Part shown: in pieces, positions 18,355 through 25,891 of the stretch
How positions within the stretch are numbered: the stretch's first letter is position 1
How the letters are laid out: the number at the start of each line of letters is the position of its first letter
Source of the DNA: a virus
IMG/VR virus record: IMGVR_UViG_3300049217_000078
Location: 1-44,012 of that record
Length of the DNA stretch: 44,012 nucleotides
Direction: 5' to 3' (one strand)
Notes under the pieces: generated by a model
Databases searched by the model: none
What the model was told of the DNA's origin: nothing
What the model saw: only the letters and a program-made list of their open reading frames with translations
Made by a program: the position numbers and the translations under genes

Positions 18355-18759
18355 ATGAAATTATTAAGCGGAGTGATTGCAGCATTTATATCAAGTACGT
18401 CAATGGCAGCCGATAATGTACATATAGCCGTGTGCAGTATAGATGTGGTTTTATCTCAACATTCTTTAATGCCAAGTGATTTTTTTAGCAAACATGGTTT
18501 TTCTATTACAAATTCGTCTTCAATCCCTATGAATTATAAAATAGTTTATCAGCATGAAGTGATGAATATGTTTAGTGAAAAGAAAACTGTTAATATAGTT
18601 GTCAATCCAGGCCAAACAGTGCAAGAGATAAAAGTTTTTTCAAACAAAAAAGTATGGGAGCACAATGGCCAATTTCAAACAAGGGCAATGACTGTTATAT
18701 TTTTGGAAGGAAAACGCGTGGACAGCTGTGCTAATAACAATTACGCATACATTACCTAG
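18355..18759 (+). CDS. Secreted protein (signal peptide), function unknown
   Basis: N-terminus MKLLSGVIAAFISSTSMAADN. Confidence 0.6.
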   Translation: MKLLSGVIAAFISSTSMAADNVHIAVCSIDVVLSQHSLMPSDFFSKHGFSITNSSSIPMNYKIVYQHEVMNMFSEKKTVNIVVNPGQTVQEIKVFSNKKVWEHNGQFQTRAMTVIFLEGKRVDSCANNNYAYIT

Positions 18760-18766
18760 GGATATT

Positions 18767-19021
18767 ATGAAAAAATATTTAGCAAAAGATGCGGCAAAAA
18801 TTCTAGGCGTATGCCCTCAAAGAGTCGCCGCAAAATTAAAACAAGGCCATTTTCCAGGGGCACACCCTTGCGAATGTGGTCGTAGTATACTAATACCTGA
18901 ACATGACGTTCTTAATCAACCTAAGAAAAGGAATGAAAGGTATGAAAAAGTTAATAACCCTCCCACTAGTAAAATTAATAGCGACACTTCTAATAGCAAC
19001 AACGGCACACGCGGGCACTAG
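18767..19021 (+). CDS. Small HTH DNA-binding protein (excisionase / MerR-like fold candidate)
   Basis: Starts at MKKYLAKDAAKILGVCPQRVAAKLKQGHFPG. The low-complexity tail overlaps the next ORF. Confidence 0.5.
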   Translation: MKKYLAKDAAKILGVCPQRVAAKLKQGHFPGAHPCECGRSILIPEHDVLNQPKKRNERYEKVNNPPTSKINSDTSNSNNGTRGH

Positions 19022-19358
19022 CGGATCTTGCGCAACAAAAATCACTTGCAAAAGTGGGCAAGATTCAAAATGCTCAATGGCAAATGGTAGTACAGACATA
19101 TTTATTCAGGTATCTTATTTAGATTTATCCGCACAAACTGATTTATTTTTAAGTGATGTGTATGCATATAAGATTAAAAATATAGGTGTGATAGATTGCT
19201 ATTATTCTTTGTCTTACAATCCGGATGATTTAATAATTTTTAAAACTTTACCTCACCACAATGTAATACCTAGAGATAATGCAGAGTGGATACCGAGGCA
19301 TGATACTCTTTATTGCGATCCCGATATCCATTCTTGTTTGATATATATTTTATACTAA
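18933..19358 (+). CDS. Secreted protein (signal peptide), function unknown
   Basis: N-terminus MKGMKKLITLPLVKLIATLLIATTAHA followed by GTSGSC. The start is ambiguous (18933 or 18942). Confidence 0.55.
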   Translation: MKGMKKLITLPLVKLIATLLIATTAHAGTSGSCATKITCKSGQDSKCSMANGSTDIFIQVSYLDLSAQTDLFLSDVYAYKIKNIGVIDCYYSLSYNPDDLIIFKTLPHHNVIPRDNAEWIPRHDTLYCDPDIHSCLIYILY

Positions 19359-19359
19359 A

Positions 19360-19530
19360 AGCGTCAGTGTGTTTAAAAGTAAAGTTGTGGCGACGCCCAA
19401 CCAAAAGAATGCAATTACATTTGGTATTTGACAAGAGGTCGCCCATACTTTAAAACGGTAGGTTAGTGAGGATCGATTAACTCTGATAGCTTGTGGCATA
19501 GCTTAAGTCCCTTTAATTAATTGACCTCAC
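19360..19530 (-). ncRNA. Candidate structured non-coding RNA driven by the 33-bp repeat promoter (strand uncertain)
   Basis: No ORF on either strand. A consensus promoter points into the region. It contains a 14-bp bulged hairpin (19466-19530), a GGCGAC/GTCGCC stem (19389-19394 with 19438-19443) and an inner CCAAA/TTTGG stem. Confidence 0.3.
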
Positions 19531-19563
19531 TACTATAGATCGTATTCTATAGATTGTCAACTA
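19531..19563 (-). promoter_or_regulatory. 33-bp repeat copy A: TAG stop + TTGACA-N17-TATAGT promoter with two ATCTATAG(A) boxes, pointing leftward
   Basis: The reverse complement equals 34714-34746 exactly: tagTTGACAatctatagaatacgatcTATAGTa. Confidence 0.7.
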
Positions 19564-21891
19564 CTTCTGCGCTTCCTTATATGCACTAATAATTTGTTTT
19601 GAATCGGTGAGACCGCGATCTGGATGATTTATTTCAATATACAACCTCGGCTTGCTACTCTCGCCTGGCATAATGGTTGGACATCTCCCCTCTCTAAGTC
19701 CAGGATGCCAGTCATATCCAAGTGATTTCATCAACTCTCGACGCTTATTACGTGCTATACGCTTATCTGCCCCTATATCCTTCAGTAAAGCATCAATCGA
19801 CGTAGAGCTAATCCAACCACCTTTAAATCCGATTTTCTCCGATTCAATCGCCTCTACAAATTCATGCTCAACTCTTCCCCAGCCATGTTGTATTGCAGCC
19901 TCAGTTGAAGACGTAGTTGGAGCACGTGTGCACTTCAATGGGCTGAACTCATCCCTGATTGGATAGTTCATTAAGAAATCAGCTATTGCCGCATATCCGC
20001 CATTATTCGCCCAATTATACAAATCGGGAAAATAATCGCCCATCATGTCATCACGGTATAAATCTTCTACAGATTGCTGCGCAGTATAAAAAACAGCGAA
20101 ACGTCGGTCATCCTTAGACTTACGCAAAGCTTCCTTGTGGTTTGTGTTAATAATGGCATTCCAACAAATGTCTTTCATGATTTTTTTCTTGCCTTTCCCT
20201 TCAATCATGCGACGCTCAAGATCCAACATTGGTTTTAGAGCTTCCATAATCTCAGCTCGGGAATCTGGATAATACGCGTCTTCGATGGAAACAAACAAAG
20301 TTTGATCTTCCCAGTCGTTAAACTTACTAGCTATCTCATCAGCACGGGGGAACTGCGTGTATCTATCTCCTACTACGTAAGATATGATTCTCGATAGAAA
20401 TGTCTTACCATTACCTTGTGTCCCTTGTAAAACTATGCACCATTTGAACTTCTTACCAATGTACTGAACCAACGCTGCAAGATAATTCAGGATAATATCT
20501 TGGTCACGCTTATCGGGAAATAATCGTTCTAGATGCTCTAAAAATTTAGAAACATCTCCTTTTTCAGCTACACATTGATACGGCCAGTATGTGTTAACAA
20601 CTAGTTCACCATCTTTATTGAACACCGCGGCTGGTTTTAAATCAGGTCGAAATGTACAACTATTAACTCGTGGGAATCTCATACCTGTGGACATCGTAAA
20701 AGCGTCCCACGCCTTATTTGTAGTTTTAGCATTAGCGGCGTCGGTTATGAACGTATACCCGCCGTACATCACATTAAAACGCTCACGGTCCAGTAAATAC
20801 CCTCCGGGTACCAAAATCATGTTCTCGTGGCAAATGTACACACATCTCTTGAAATACTCTAACTGCTCTTGAAGAGTTAAGAATGAATTCCCCATTGTGC
20901 CGATTATTTGACTTGAAGAGTCAGACTTGATACTATTTTGTTTAGGTTGTTTCGAATATACATTTGTGCATTTACCGCGGGCGTTCCTGACCGTTCGCGG
21001 TAAGTAATCTTCACGATCCCACTTATCACGATAAAGTTTAGACTGCCTCAGTAAGTTGACCATTCTTTCTGCATTACAACCAGTCCAAAAAGCTAAATGC
21101 TGCGCCAAAGCGGCATCTACACTTGACCGATTGTATGGTTCAGAAGAAGTAGAATCTGGCGGATAAAACTTCGATAGCGCTTCTTCATCCCCTTCCCATA
21201 GTTCTTGAAAAGATGCCCCCTTACCAAATCTTGATTTGTTTGTTTTGCAAGCAATTGCCATTTTTATCAATTCAGCATCATCGGTTGGGCCAGTATATTC
21301 CGGTACAGGTTCTGTAGACCACCATTCCTTATCTGTTGGAGTCGATGAAGATGAAATAAAATAAGTAGAGGAGATATCTTTTAATGCTTCTGTGCAATCT
21401 AAGGATGCATCACCACTCGCATGAATTCCAGTTAATGCTATAAATCGTTTAGTCGTATAAAATTCCAATCCTAACTTATCATTTCTGCATCCATGCTCAA
21501 ATTGCTGGCATGTCCCAATCACGTGCAATCCTTTACCTGAAGCAGAAACTTCAACTGCCGCACCGGCCAATTTCTGTAGAAGTGTTTTAGATAAATCAGA
21601 CCAACCCGTTGTTTGGTCATAACAGGAATCGATATCTAAAAGAAAGAATGGGTCAGATTCAGTAATAACAAATCCAACTCCATAAGAGTCACCCAGAAAT
21701 TTACAAGCGGTTGAAGCTGACTCAAAATCAGACCATATGGCTGAATCATGAGCGTCCCAGGTTTTTCCGGTTAGAGGATGAACTGGCTTTTTGATCTTTT
21801 TACTAGCGTTAGTTGGGTTTTCCGTTAAAGAATACACAATAAATTGATGATAATTTTTAAGTGCATGAAACGCCACTGGTAATATATCCAT
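19561..21891 (-). CDS. Bifunctional primase-polymerase / SF3 helicase
   Basis: 776 aa. AEP motifs FFLLDIDS and SGKGLHVIG are in the N-terminal part. Walker A LQGTQGNGKT and Walker B-like LFVSIEDA are in the C-terminal part. Confidence 0.85.
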   Translation of the reverse strand: MDILPVAFHALKNYHQFIVYSLTENPTNASKKIKKPVHPLTGKTWDAHDSAIWSDFESASTACKFLGDSYGVGFVITESDPFFLLDIDSCYDQTTGWSDLSKTLLQKLAGAAVEVSASGKGLHVIGTCQQFEHGCRNDKLGLEFYTTKRFIALTGIHASGDASLDCTEALKDISSTYFISSSSTPTDKEWWSTEPVPEYTGPTDDAELIKMAIACKTNKSRFGKGASFQELWEGDEEALSKFYPPDSTSSEPYNRSSVDAALAQHLAFWTGCNAERMVNLLRQSKLYRDKWDREDYLPRTVRNARGKCTNVYSKQPKQNSIKSDSSSQIIGTMGNSFLTLQEQLEYFKRCVYICHENMILVPGGYLLDRERFNVMYGGYTFITDAANAKTTNKAWDAFTMSTGMRFPRVNSCTFRPDLKPAAVFNKDGELVVNTYWPYQCVAEKGDVSKFLEHLERLFPDKRDQDIILNYLAALVQYIGKKFKWCIVLQGTQGNGKTFLSRIISYVVGDRYTQFPRADEIASKFNDWEDQTLFVSIEDAYYPDSRAEIMEALKPMLDLERRMIEGKGKKKIMKDICWNAIINTNHKEALRKSKDDRRFAVFYTAQQSVEDLYRDDMMGDYFPDLYNWANNGGYAAIADFLMNYPIRDEFSPLKCTRAPTTSSTEAAIQHGWGRVEHEFVEAIESEKIGFKGGWISSTSIDALLKDIGADKRIARNKRRELMKSLGYDWHPGLREGRCPTIMPGESSKPRLYIEINHPDRGLTDSKQIISAYKEAQK

Positions 21892-21915
21892 AGAAAGATA
21901 CTTCCTTTGATTAAA

Positions 21916-22221
21916 TTATTTAGATAAGTACGTCAAAACCCGCTCCTTTAGTTCAGGGGTTAACCGTCTAGTTAGTGGGTCTTTTCGAACCAAGCCTTGT
22001 GCAATTATTTCCAGTATTTCGGTTCTGATAGCCTCTTTAAGCACCAAGCGTCTGAGGTTATCCATCGATTGAAAATAACGTGTCACTAAACCATATGATA
22101 CTTTAGCTTTTTTTGCAATCCCATCTCGCGTTATGTGGCTGTAACCTAGTTCTTTGGACAGTTCAACAGCTTCTGATAATAGTTCTTTTTTTCTTTCTTT
22201 TGGTAATTTCCGTTCTCTCAT
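21916..22221 (-). CDS. TetR-family-like HTH protein, HTH domain only (102 aa from MRERK)
   Basis: ELLSEAVELSKELGYSHITRDGIAKKAKVSYGLVTRYFQSMDNL matches the TetR_N pattern. The start was chosen right after the stop of the upstream Cys-rich ORF. Confidence 0.65.
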   Translation of the reverse strand: MRERKLPKERKKELLSEAVELSKELGYSHITRDGIAKKAKVSYGLVTRYFQSMDNLRRLVLKEAIRTEILEIIAQGLVRKDPLTRRLTPELKERVLTYLSK

Positions 22222-22222
22222 T

Positions 22223-22426
22223 TTATATCTCTCGTTGTTCGCCGCAGTCTTTACATATACTGTAGGCAGTCCCGTCTGATAAGTTCTTGTAGACTTTGCA
22301 ACGGTTGTGCCTACACCCATTTTTTTTTGCATGACACTGTTTGCATAATATTTGTTTTTCATGAATCATTATTTTTAATCCATCGACTCTACCGCAATCT
22401 TTGCACATCATTTCATTCGTCTCCAT
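22223..22426 (-). CDS. Cys-rich zinc-ribbon protein (67 aa)
   Basis: Contains CKDCG...CKQCH...CKDCG. It competes with the N-terminal extension of ORF 21916..22362. The gene-packing logic favours this reading. Confidence 0.5.
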   Translation of the reverse strand: METNEMMCKDCGRVDGLKIMIHEKQILCKQCHAKKNGCRHNRCKVYKNLSDGTAYSICKDCGEQREI

Positions 22427-22682
22427 TTAATAAGGTTGGTATCTCACACCAGTGCGTTATATCTTCCAAATCATATTCGTACAAATCTTCCGTGTTTTCA
22501 AAATAAGGCTCAGGCCGATTTTCATACTTTTCCAGAGAAGCAACTGTATGTAATACATGATTTCTTTTCCAATGGGTTTTTTTAAGACGTAGTAAAACAT
22601 CTTTTCCAATTTCGGGTAATCCAATTTTAATATCTACCCATTTAATTTCTTCATTTGGTCTTTTAATTTTAGTTATCTCCAT
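22413..22682 (-). CDS. Hypothetical protein (DUF551-like candidate)
   Basis: 89 aa. Contains WVDIKIGLPEIGKDVLL. Confidence 0.5.
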   Translation of the reverse strand: MEITKIKRPNEEIKWVDIKIGLPEIGKDVLLRLKKTHWKRNHVLHTVASLEKYENRPEPYFENTEDLYEYDLEDITHWCEIPTLLNGDE

Positions 22683-22758
22683 TTAATAATCTCTCCAATA
22701 CATCTTCTAAACAATCTTCGCCTTCTTCGTACAAATCTTCCCAATCATTTTTTTCCAT
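22669..22758 (-). CDS. Tiny ORF (29 aa) resembling the C-terminus of the downstream 89-aa protein
   Basis: MEKNDWEDLYEEGEDCLEDVLERLLNGDN compared with ...EDLYEYDLEDITHWCEIPTLLNGDE. The two share the 16-nt string ttcgtacaaatcttcc. Confidence 0.35.
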   Translation of the reverse strand: MEKNDWEDLYEEGEDCLEDVLERLLNGDN

Positions 22759-22911
22759 AACCCACCCAGTTAACTCCTAATAAAATTTTCATAAAAAATC
22801 TATGTATAAAAAAAGGCTTATGACACATAGGTAAATTAACGTATTGGCAATTACCTACCTGTAATCTATAAGCTCCTATTTCTTTAGGGGGCTGTATAAA
22901 CCGGGCATTAG

Positions 22912-23094
22912 TCATTCAGTAGTTCTCCTAATTAAATTCTCAACAATAATGTCTATACAATCTCCGCATATTTCTTTATCACCGTGAACACCATTAATGA
23001 CCGCGGCTTCTGTATCTTTAAAATGGAAACCTGGTTCTAATTCTGCCCCACACCAAGACTTATTTTCTTCTGTAGTACATTTAATGTGATTCAT
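22912..23094 (-). CDS. Small Cys-containing protein (60 aa from MNHIKC)
   Basis: ATGA overlap with the VRR-NUC stop. Confidence 0.5.
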   Translation of the reverse strand: MNHIKCTTEENKSWCGAELEPGFHFKDTEAAVINGVHGDKEICGDCIDIIVENLIRRTTE

Positions 23095-23567
23095 AAAGTA
23101 CCTTCCCTTGTTGCAAAACAAGCATCGCCACCTAGACTAGTTATCAGCTCAAGCCATTTTAATTGAGCTTTTTCAGCATCTGTGCCAGTGTATGTCCAAT
23201 CACTTTTTTTTATTTCTCTGCTAACAAATTGACCTATTGTTAATCCTACCATGGTTTCTCTTATTTTTACTGGACGAATGCCTATTAAATCTGAAGATTT
23301 AATAAAATCGTTCATCTTACCTGATTCATTAGCCAGGCCATAGTGTACCCATTGGCCGTACTCATTTTTAAATGCGCCTCTATTATTTCTCCATAAGCGA
23401 CAATTTTTCTTACTAGCTTCTAGCCGTACAATACTAGTAACCGCAGCTTCTGATTTCCCTTGTTCGCAATGTATTACTTCTAATATGCCGGCCCCTAAAG
23501 ATTTTTTAAGATCTTCAATTGCCGCATTTGGTATTCCCCACTTACTTGCCCATGTTGTCAGTTTCAT
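23091..23567 (-). CDS. VRR-NUC / PD-(D/E)XK nuclease
   Basis: 158 aa. SSDLIGI...GQFVSREIKK fits the D...E-x-K core. Confidence 0.6.
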   Translation of the reverse strand: MKLTTWASKWGIPNAAIEDLKKSLGAGILEVIHCEQGKSEAAVTSIVRLEASKKNCRLWRNNRGAFKNEYGQWVHYGLANESGKMNDFIKSSDLIGIRPVKIRETMVGLTIGQFVSREIKKSDWTYTGTDAEKAQLKWLELITSLGGDACFATREGTL

Positions 23568-23597
23568 GTTTAGTCCTTCCCTGATGTTTTAAATACA

Positions 23598-25214
23598 TTA
23601 CCCTCTATTAACTACCTCGTCAATAGTATTTTTTAATTTTTCTGCATCCGCTGTATTTAAAGTTTGCGCAGTTAATATATCTGTACCAAAAGTGTAAAAG
23701 AATAATCTATATATTTCAGAATCAGATAGTTTAGGATGGTGATAACCCGCCCATTGTGATATAGAACTTCTAAGTTCACCCTGTGCTTCTTGACGCATTT
23801 TATGACGTTTTTTGATGGCTAACTCCGCAGGAATAGAAAGACCACTGGGAATCCTAGCAACATCATCAATCCGTGCTATTTCTCCCCGAAGATGTGCCAA
23901 TACCGAGGGATCTAATTCGTATAAATCCCCTTCTACATGTTCTGGGGAAGAGCGCTCTTTTGGGGGTGTTACATATCCGCAATATGGGCATGACTTGCGG
24001 TAAGCTTCATAGACGCTAAAACAATTGACGTTGAGACAAGTTTTAACTTGGATTGCGTCTGATAATTTACTTCTAACTTTACGTTCGCGGCGGTCTAAAG
24101 TCCACTCCCGAGGGGCATCGGGCAACCCGTGTAATTTGACGTTATCAACGTGGTCTATGATGATAGCATGCGTTTTACCGGGAAGCGGCCTGAGTGCACG
24201 CCCAAATTGCTGGGAATATAATCCGTAAGACTGGGTGGGACGCGCCATGGACACGACCTCTAATGCGGGTACGTCCACCCCCTCGCCCAATAAATCAACA
24301 TTAACAATCTGAAGAATTTCTCGATTCCTAAATCGACGCATAATCGTTTGACGCAAAAGATCTGGAGTTTTAGCGCTGATTGATTCTGCGGGTATGCCTT
24401 GCTGCCTAAATGCCGCGGCTATTTCTGTCGCTGACTGCACATCCACTGCGAAAGTTATGCCCAATTTACCAGGAGCGATTTTTAAATAATGATCAACGAC
24501 GTCTCCAGTAATGTGGGATTTATGTACTGCGTCTCTTAACTTTGGATTATTATAATCACCCCCCGCACTTATCGGGACTTGGGATAAATCTAAATCCGAT
24601 GGCGGGGCAAATATTCGATAATCTGTAAGATAGCCATCTTTGATCAATGTACGCATAGTTGGTCCAATTACCATACAATCTATTATACCATCAGCATGTC
24701 TACCTAAACCTCTACCGTCAGTACGACACGGTGTGGCAGTCGGGTAAAGGCCGAGCGCATTAGGAAACAGGCTAGCCGCGGTTCCCCACTTATTATTTTT
24801 AAGTACATGGTGTCCTTCGTCTTGTATGACAAGTGTTATTTCTTTCAACCACGCGGTACCGGGGTCTAATCTGATAAGCGTGTCCACCCCAGCTACATAG
24901 CACTTAGAACTCGGGTCGTAATACCTTTTCCCAAATTCTTGTATCTGTAGTGACACTATTTCTCGTATGGCGGCCCTTTGCGCGATTATATTATGTCTGA
25001 TTCCATATCGACTTAAAGTCAAAGATATTTGACTAACTAGTTCCATACGATGCGCAATTGCAATACAGGGCCCTGTATGCTTAGCGATAATATCAGAAAA
25101 TACCACAGTTTTACCGCCGCCTGTAGGTATCACTAATCCAACATTTATTGAACCTTGACGCCACGCTTCATATGTGCTGTTTATAGCATCGTATTGATAT
25201 TGCCTTAATTCCAT
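23598..25214 (-). CDS. SF2 DEAD/DEAH-box helicase with a C-terminal zinc ribbon
   Basis: Contains LRQYQ, PTGGGKT (motif I), QDEGHH (motif II) and QQFGRALRP (motif VI), plus CLNVNC...CPYCG. The ORF-track start at 25229 is a GTG, so the ATG at 25212-25214 is preferred. Confidence 0.85.
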   Translation of the reverse strand: MELRQYQYDAINSTYEAWRQGSINVGLVIPTGGGKTVVFSDIIAKHTGPCIAIAHRMELVSQISLTLSRYGIRHNIIAQRAAIREIVSLQIQEFGKRYYDPSSKCYVAGVDTLIRLDPGTAWLKEITLVIQDEGHHVLKNNKWGTAASLFPNALGLYPTATPCRTDGRGLGRHADGIIDCMVIGPTMRTLIKDGYLTDYRIFAPPSDLDLSQVPISAGGDYNNPKLRDAVHKSHITGDVVDHYLKIAPGKLGITFAVDVQSATEIAAAFRQQGIPAESISAKTPDLLRQTIMRRFRNREILQIVNVDLLGEGVDVPALEVVSMARPTQSYGLYSQQFGRALRPLPGKTHAIIIDHVDNVKLHGLPDAPREWTLDRRERKVRSKLSDAIQVKTCLNVNCFSVYEAYRKSCPYCGYVTPPKERSSPEHVEGDLYELDPSVLAHLRGEIARIDDVARIPSGLSIPAELAIKKRHKMRQEAQGELRSSISQWAGYHHPKLSDSEIYRLFFYTFGTDILTAQTLNTADAEKLKNTIDEVVNRG

Positions 25215-25232
25215 TTTATTTCCATCCACCTA

Positions 25233-25260
25233 TTGACTAACCCGTCAATAATACTATATC
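25233..25260 (+). promoter_or_regulatory. Rightward early promoter TTGACT-N16-TATATC overlapping a TGAC-N6-GTCA inverted repeat
   Basis: The block ctaTTGACTaacccgtcaataa (25230-25251) recurs at 29922-29943 with 2 mismatches. Confidence 0.55.
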
Positions 25261-25275
25261 ATTTGATCTTGTCAA
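25248..25275 (-). promoter_or_regulatory. Leftward early promoter TTGACA-N16-TATTAT, interleaved with the rightward promoter
   Basis: Minus strand: TTGACAagatcaaatgatatagTATTAT. The -10 hexamers of the two promoters occupy 25248-25253 and 25255-25260. Confidence 0.5.
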
Positions 25276-25290
25276 CTAGGAGATTAAACA

Positions 25291-25488
25291 ATGAGTGTTA
25301 AAGACATATTGAAAAACATTTTAGATTGGTTTAAAGAAGCAGAAAAACCAGTTGCCGTTGAAGGAATTATACAAGGTACAGCAAAGGCTTTACATAGATC
25401 AGTAATCCAATGTCAAAAGTTACAACCTGAGTTACAGGAAACGGAAATATTATCACGCATTATGAAGGCTTACGACAATGGAAATTGA
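25291..25488 (+). CDS. Early hypothetical protein (65 aa)
   Basis: AGGAG Shine-Dalgarno. First ORF after the early promoter. Confidence 0.55.
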   Translation: MSVKDILKNILDWFKEAEKPVAVEGIIQGTAKALHRSVIQCQKLQPELQETEILSRIMKAYDNGN

Positions 25489-25771
25489 CAGAATCGTTAA
25501 AATCAACAATATAGCAGATGAAATTTTAAGAGAGTTGTATGTAAAAGCTTTAGAAAGATACAGAGATAGGCTTAGTGAAGAACTTGGGGAATATGATTCA
25601 CAAGAATATGCATCAGGTTTAATGGCTTTGGCAGTAAATTTATCAGGAAATCTTTTAAGCGGAATTAAAAAAATGCATGAATCAGTTGAGATAGGAAGTT
25701 TATACCTTTGTTTTACAGAGATGTTAGTTAGCGGGTTACAGAAAGTAGATAGCATGAAGTCGTTACATTAA
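25478..25771 (+). CDS. Early hypothetical protein (97 aa)
   Basis: ORF with an 11-nt overlap to the previous ORF. Confidence 0.5.
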   Translation: MEIDRIVKINNIADEILRELYVKALERYRDRLSEELGEYDSQEYASGLMALAVNLSGNLLSGIKKMHESVEIGSLYLCFTEMLVSGLQKVDSMKSLH

Positions 25772-25891
25772 GTTTCACCGTCAAGTCGTGAGTGACGTAA
25801 AACCGCGACAGCCCTTGGAGTGATAACGTCTCCACGTAAAGTTTCTATGACTCGCGAAGGGCAACTAATTTAACTTAATGGAGAATCCAAA

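Noticed and set aside
23611-23635. Third copy of the CTATTGAC..CGTCAATA early promoter block (ctattaactacctcgtcaatagta)
   Set aside because: It lies inside the 3-prime end of the helicase CDS, lacks the TTGAC -35, and has no downstream plus-strand gene. The resemblance is probably chance.
25215-25229. Helicase start at 25229 as given in the ORF track
   Set aside because: That codon is GTG. The ATG five codons downstream (MELRQYQ) has a GGTGGA Shine-Dalgarno and leaves room for the leftward promoter.
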